From assembly GCA_964658305.1 (NCBI GenBank), contig OZ210885.1, forward strand, positions 22,010,001 through 22,074,000: a DNA stretch of 64,000 nucleotides, written 5' to 3'. Shown in pieces: positions 62,383-64,000 of the stretch; within the stretch, counting starts at the first letter, position 1; each line of letters starts with the position of its first letter. The stretch comes from Leptogorgia sarmentosa (Eukaryota). The translations under genes and the position numbers were made by a program. Under the pieces are notes generated by a model that saw only the letters and a list, made by a program, of their open reading frames with translations, searched no databases and was not told where the DNA came from.

Positions 62383-62804
62383 CCTGTGGAATATAAGTTC
62401 CATCGTGTATATATTCGTGGGTTTGGAACTGTGTCCTGGTTGGTGTTCCAAGGATCGTTTTAGCCATCGAGTTGTTGATGGAATTTCTGGGGATCTTTAT
62501 CAAATCCCAGGTGTTAGTTAATGGATGGGTCTTCAACCTTAGGGTCGTTTCTGTGGAGGTGTACCTGTCGCCCATTGTCTTTGTGGTGTGTAAATCCGTT
62601 CCTTGGTGGCAGTGTTGGGTATGTGGTTTCCATATGATGGTTTGGGAAGTGTCGGTCAGAGGTTGGAGTTGTGACGGCTTCTGAGTATTTTGAATCTTTG
62701 TTCGGTGTCTGTTTATTGGTGGTGTTTTTGGTGTTGGTGGGTCGTGGTGGTTTGGTATGGGGGTCATATCTTTTGATGTGGTGTGTAGTTGGTGAGTGGA
62801 TGTG

Positions 62805-63950
62805 TTAAGTGAATTTGGTGCGGACAAAGTGTTCCTTGAGGTTTTTGTGTCTTTGATAAGCCATAACCGGTTGATTTGGCCATATCTGTGATAAAACGGG
62901 ATCGTTTTCAATATATTGCCAGTGTTGTTTGAGGATGTGAGGCAATGGTGATAATTCTGGATGATATGGTATGATAAATGGTAAGGTACGTGTGTGGTTT
63001 GTGGATGGGCTGCTGGAGAGTAGTTGTGATTGTGTGTATGTTGATGCCCTGTCGATGTGAGGTAGGATATCTTTGTTTTCATAGCCTCTTCCAATGAGTG
63101 CTACTCGTAGGTTTTGAGCTTTTCGTTGAAACTCAATGTCGTCAGTGATTATCCTCCTGTATCGTAGCATTTGACTGTATATTAGACCCTTTTTACAGGT
63201 GTCCGGATGGTGTGAGGTGTTGTGTAGAAGTGGCATACGGTCGGTTGGTTTGATGTAGAGAGTGGTTTGGATTGTGTGTTGTGGTGTGATGTAGACTGTG
63301 GTGTCAAGGAAGTTTACACTTTCGGTGGAGTGTGTGACTTCAAATTTGATGGTGGAATGGAATGAATTGAGATGTTGAATAAATGATTTGAATGATTCCT
63401 CACCGTGTGTCCAAACTAGAAATATATCATCTATGAATCTCTTCCACAGGAGAGGAACAAGTTGGTTTGGTGTTGATGAAAGTATGGATTGTTCAAGTGC
63501 CCCCATGAATATGTTTGCAAAGGAGGGAGCCATTTTGGTGCCCATCGCTGTGCCGCGTTTTTGGAGGTAGAGTTTATTCTTGAATGTGAAGTAGTTTTCT
63601 TTGAGTATGTATTCGAGGAATTGGTGTATGACATTACGGAGTGGCCACGTACGTCCCTGTTTTGTGTCCAGTGTTTCAAGGACAGCTTGGATCCCTTCGT
63701 TATGAGGGATGTTGGTGTATAATGACTTGACATCAATGGTGGCGAGGATGGTGTTGGATGGTAATGGTGTGTCGATGTCGAAAATGGTTTGTAAAAAATG
63801 GTAGTGAAGCACAAAGTGGTTTGATATGGATGTCAATGAAGGGGGAAAGCCTGTCCGTTGGCAAATCACACCCTGATATGATTGGTCTTCCTGGGTTTCC
63901 AGGTTTGTGAATTTTGGGTAGGAGGTAAAATATTGGTGTACGTGTAAAAT
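62805..63950 (-). pseudogene. Penelope-like reverse transcriptase (frameshift near 63800, no C-terminal GIY-YIG)
   Basis: FYLLPKIHKPGNPGRPIISG, DVKSLYTNIP, GTAMGTKMAP and RFIDD motifs. Ends RHKNLKEHFVRTKFT*. Confidence 0.9.
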
Positions 63951-64000
63951 ATTTGTTAAACCTAACACCCAATATGCGAGCACGTTGTTCCAAGACCAGC

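Larger units (their letters stand above)
61200..64000 (-). mobile_element. second Penelope-like element, 5'-truncated, with an inverted terminal segment
   Basis: RT plus an AC-rich 3' region. 63954-64000 is an inverted copy of 61612-61658. The left boundary is approximate. Confidence 0.85.

Noticed and set aside
62315..63094. 259-aa His/Thr/Pro-rich ORF
   Set aside because: It overlaps the RT end in another frame and reflects AC-rich composition and tandem repeats.

Overview
AT-rich eukaryotic genomic DNA with GT-AG introns. The repeat families suggest a marine invertebrate, probably a cnidarian (inference). The window is almost entirely a nest of transposable elements. Retroelements: three BEL/Pao copies (one full-length with 206-bp LTRs), a Gypsy, a CR1/L2-type LINE, and two Penelope-like RT elements with hammerhead motifs. 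DNA transposons: two hATs, an IS3EU-type, a MULE, a Kolobok, an ISL2EU, and EnSpm-like, Zator-like and Dada-like remnants. MITEs and minisatellites fill the gaps. Highlights read from the sequence: (1) a precise balanced 5.8-kb inversion (2080-7857) whose two junctions each restore an ORF in frame; (2) a long-TIR MULE carrying an intact three-exon HMG-box + 4xC2H2 gene; (3) an ISL2EU carrying a multi-exon Ulp1/SENP-type protease behind its SWIM-YqaJ gene; (4) an IS3EU-type element carrying a CUE-HECT gene; (5) a Dada-like transposase with OTU and Cys-rich domains next to a spliced DUF3987-like P-loop gene. Several unrelated DNA transposons here therefore carry ubiquitin/SUMO-pathway enzymes. 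Family names come from motif recognition, not database searches. No convincing host gene, rRNA, tRNA or CRISPR array was found.
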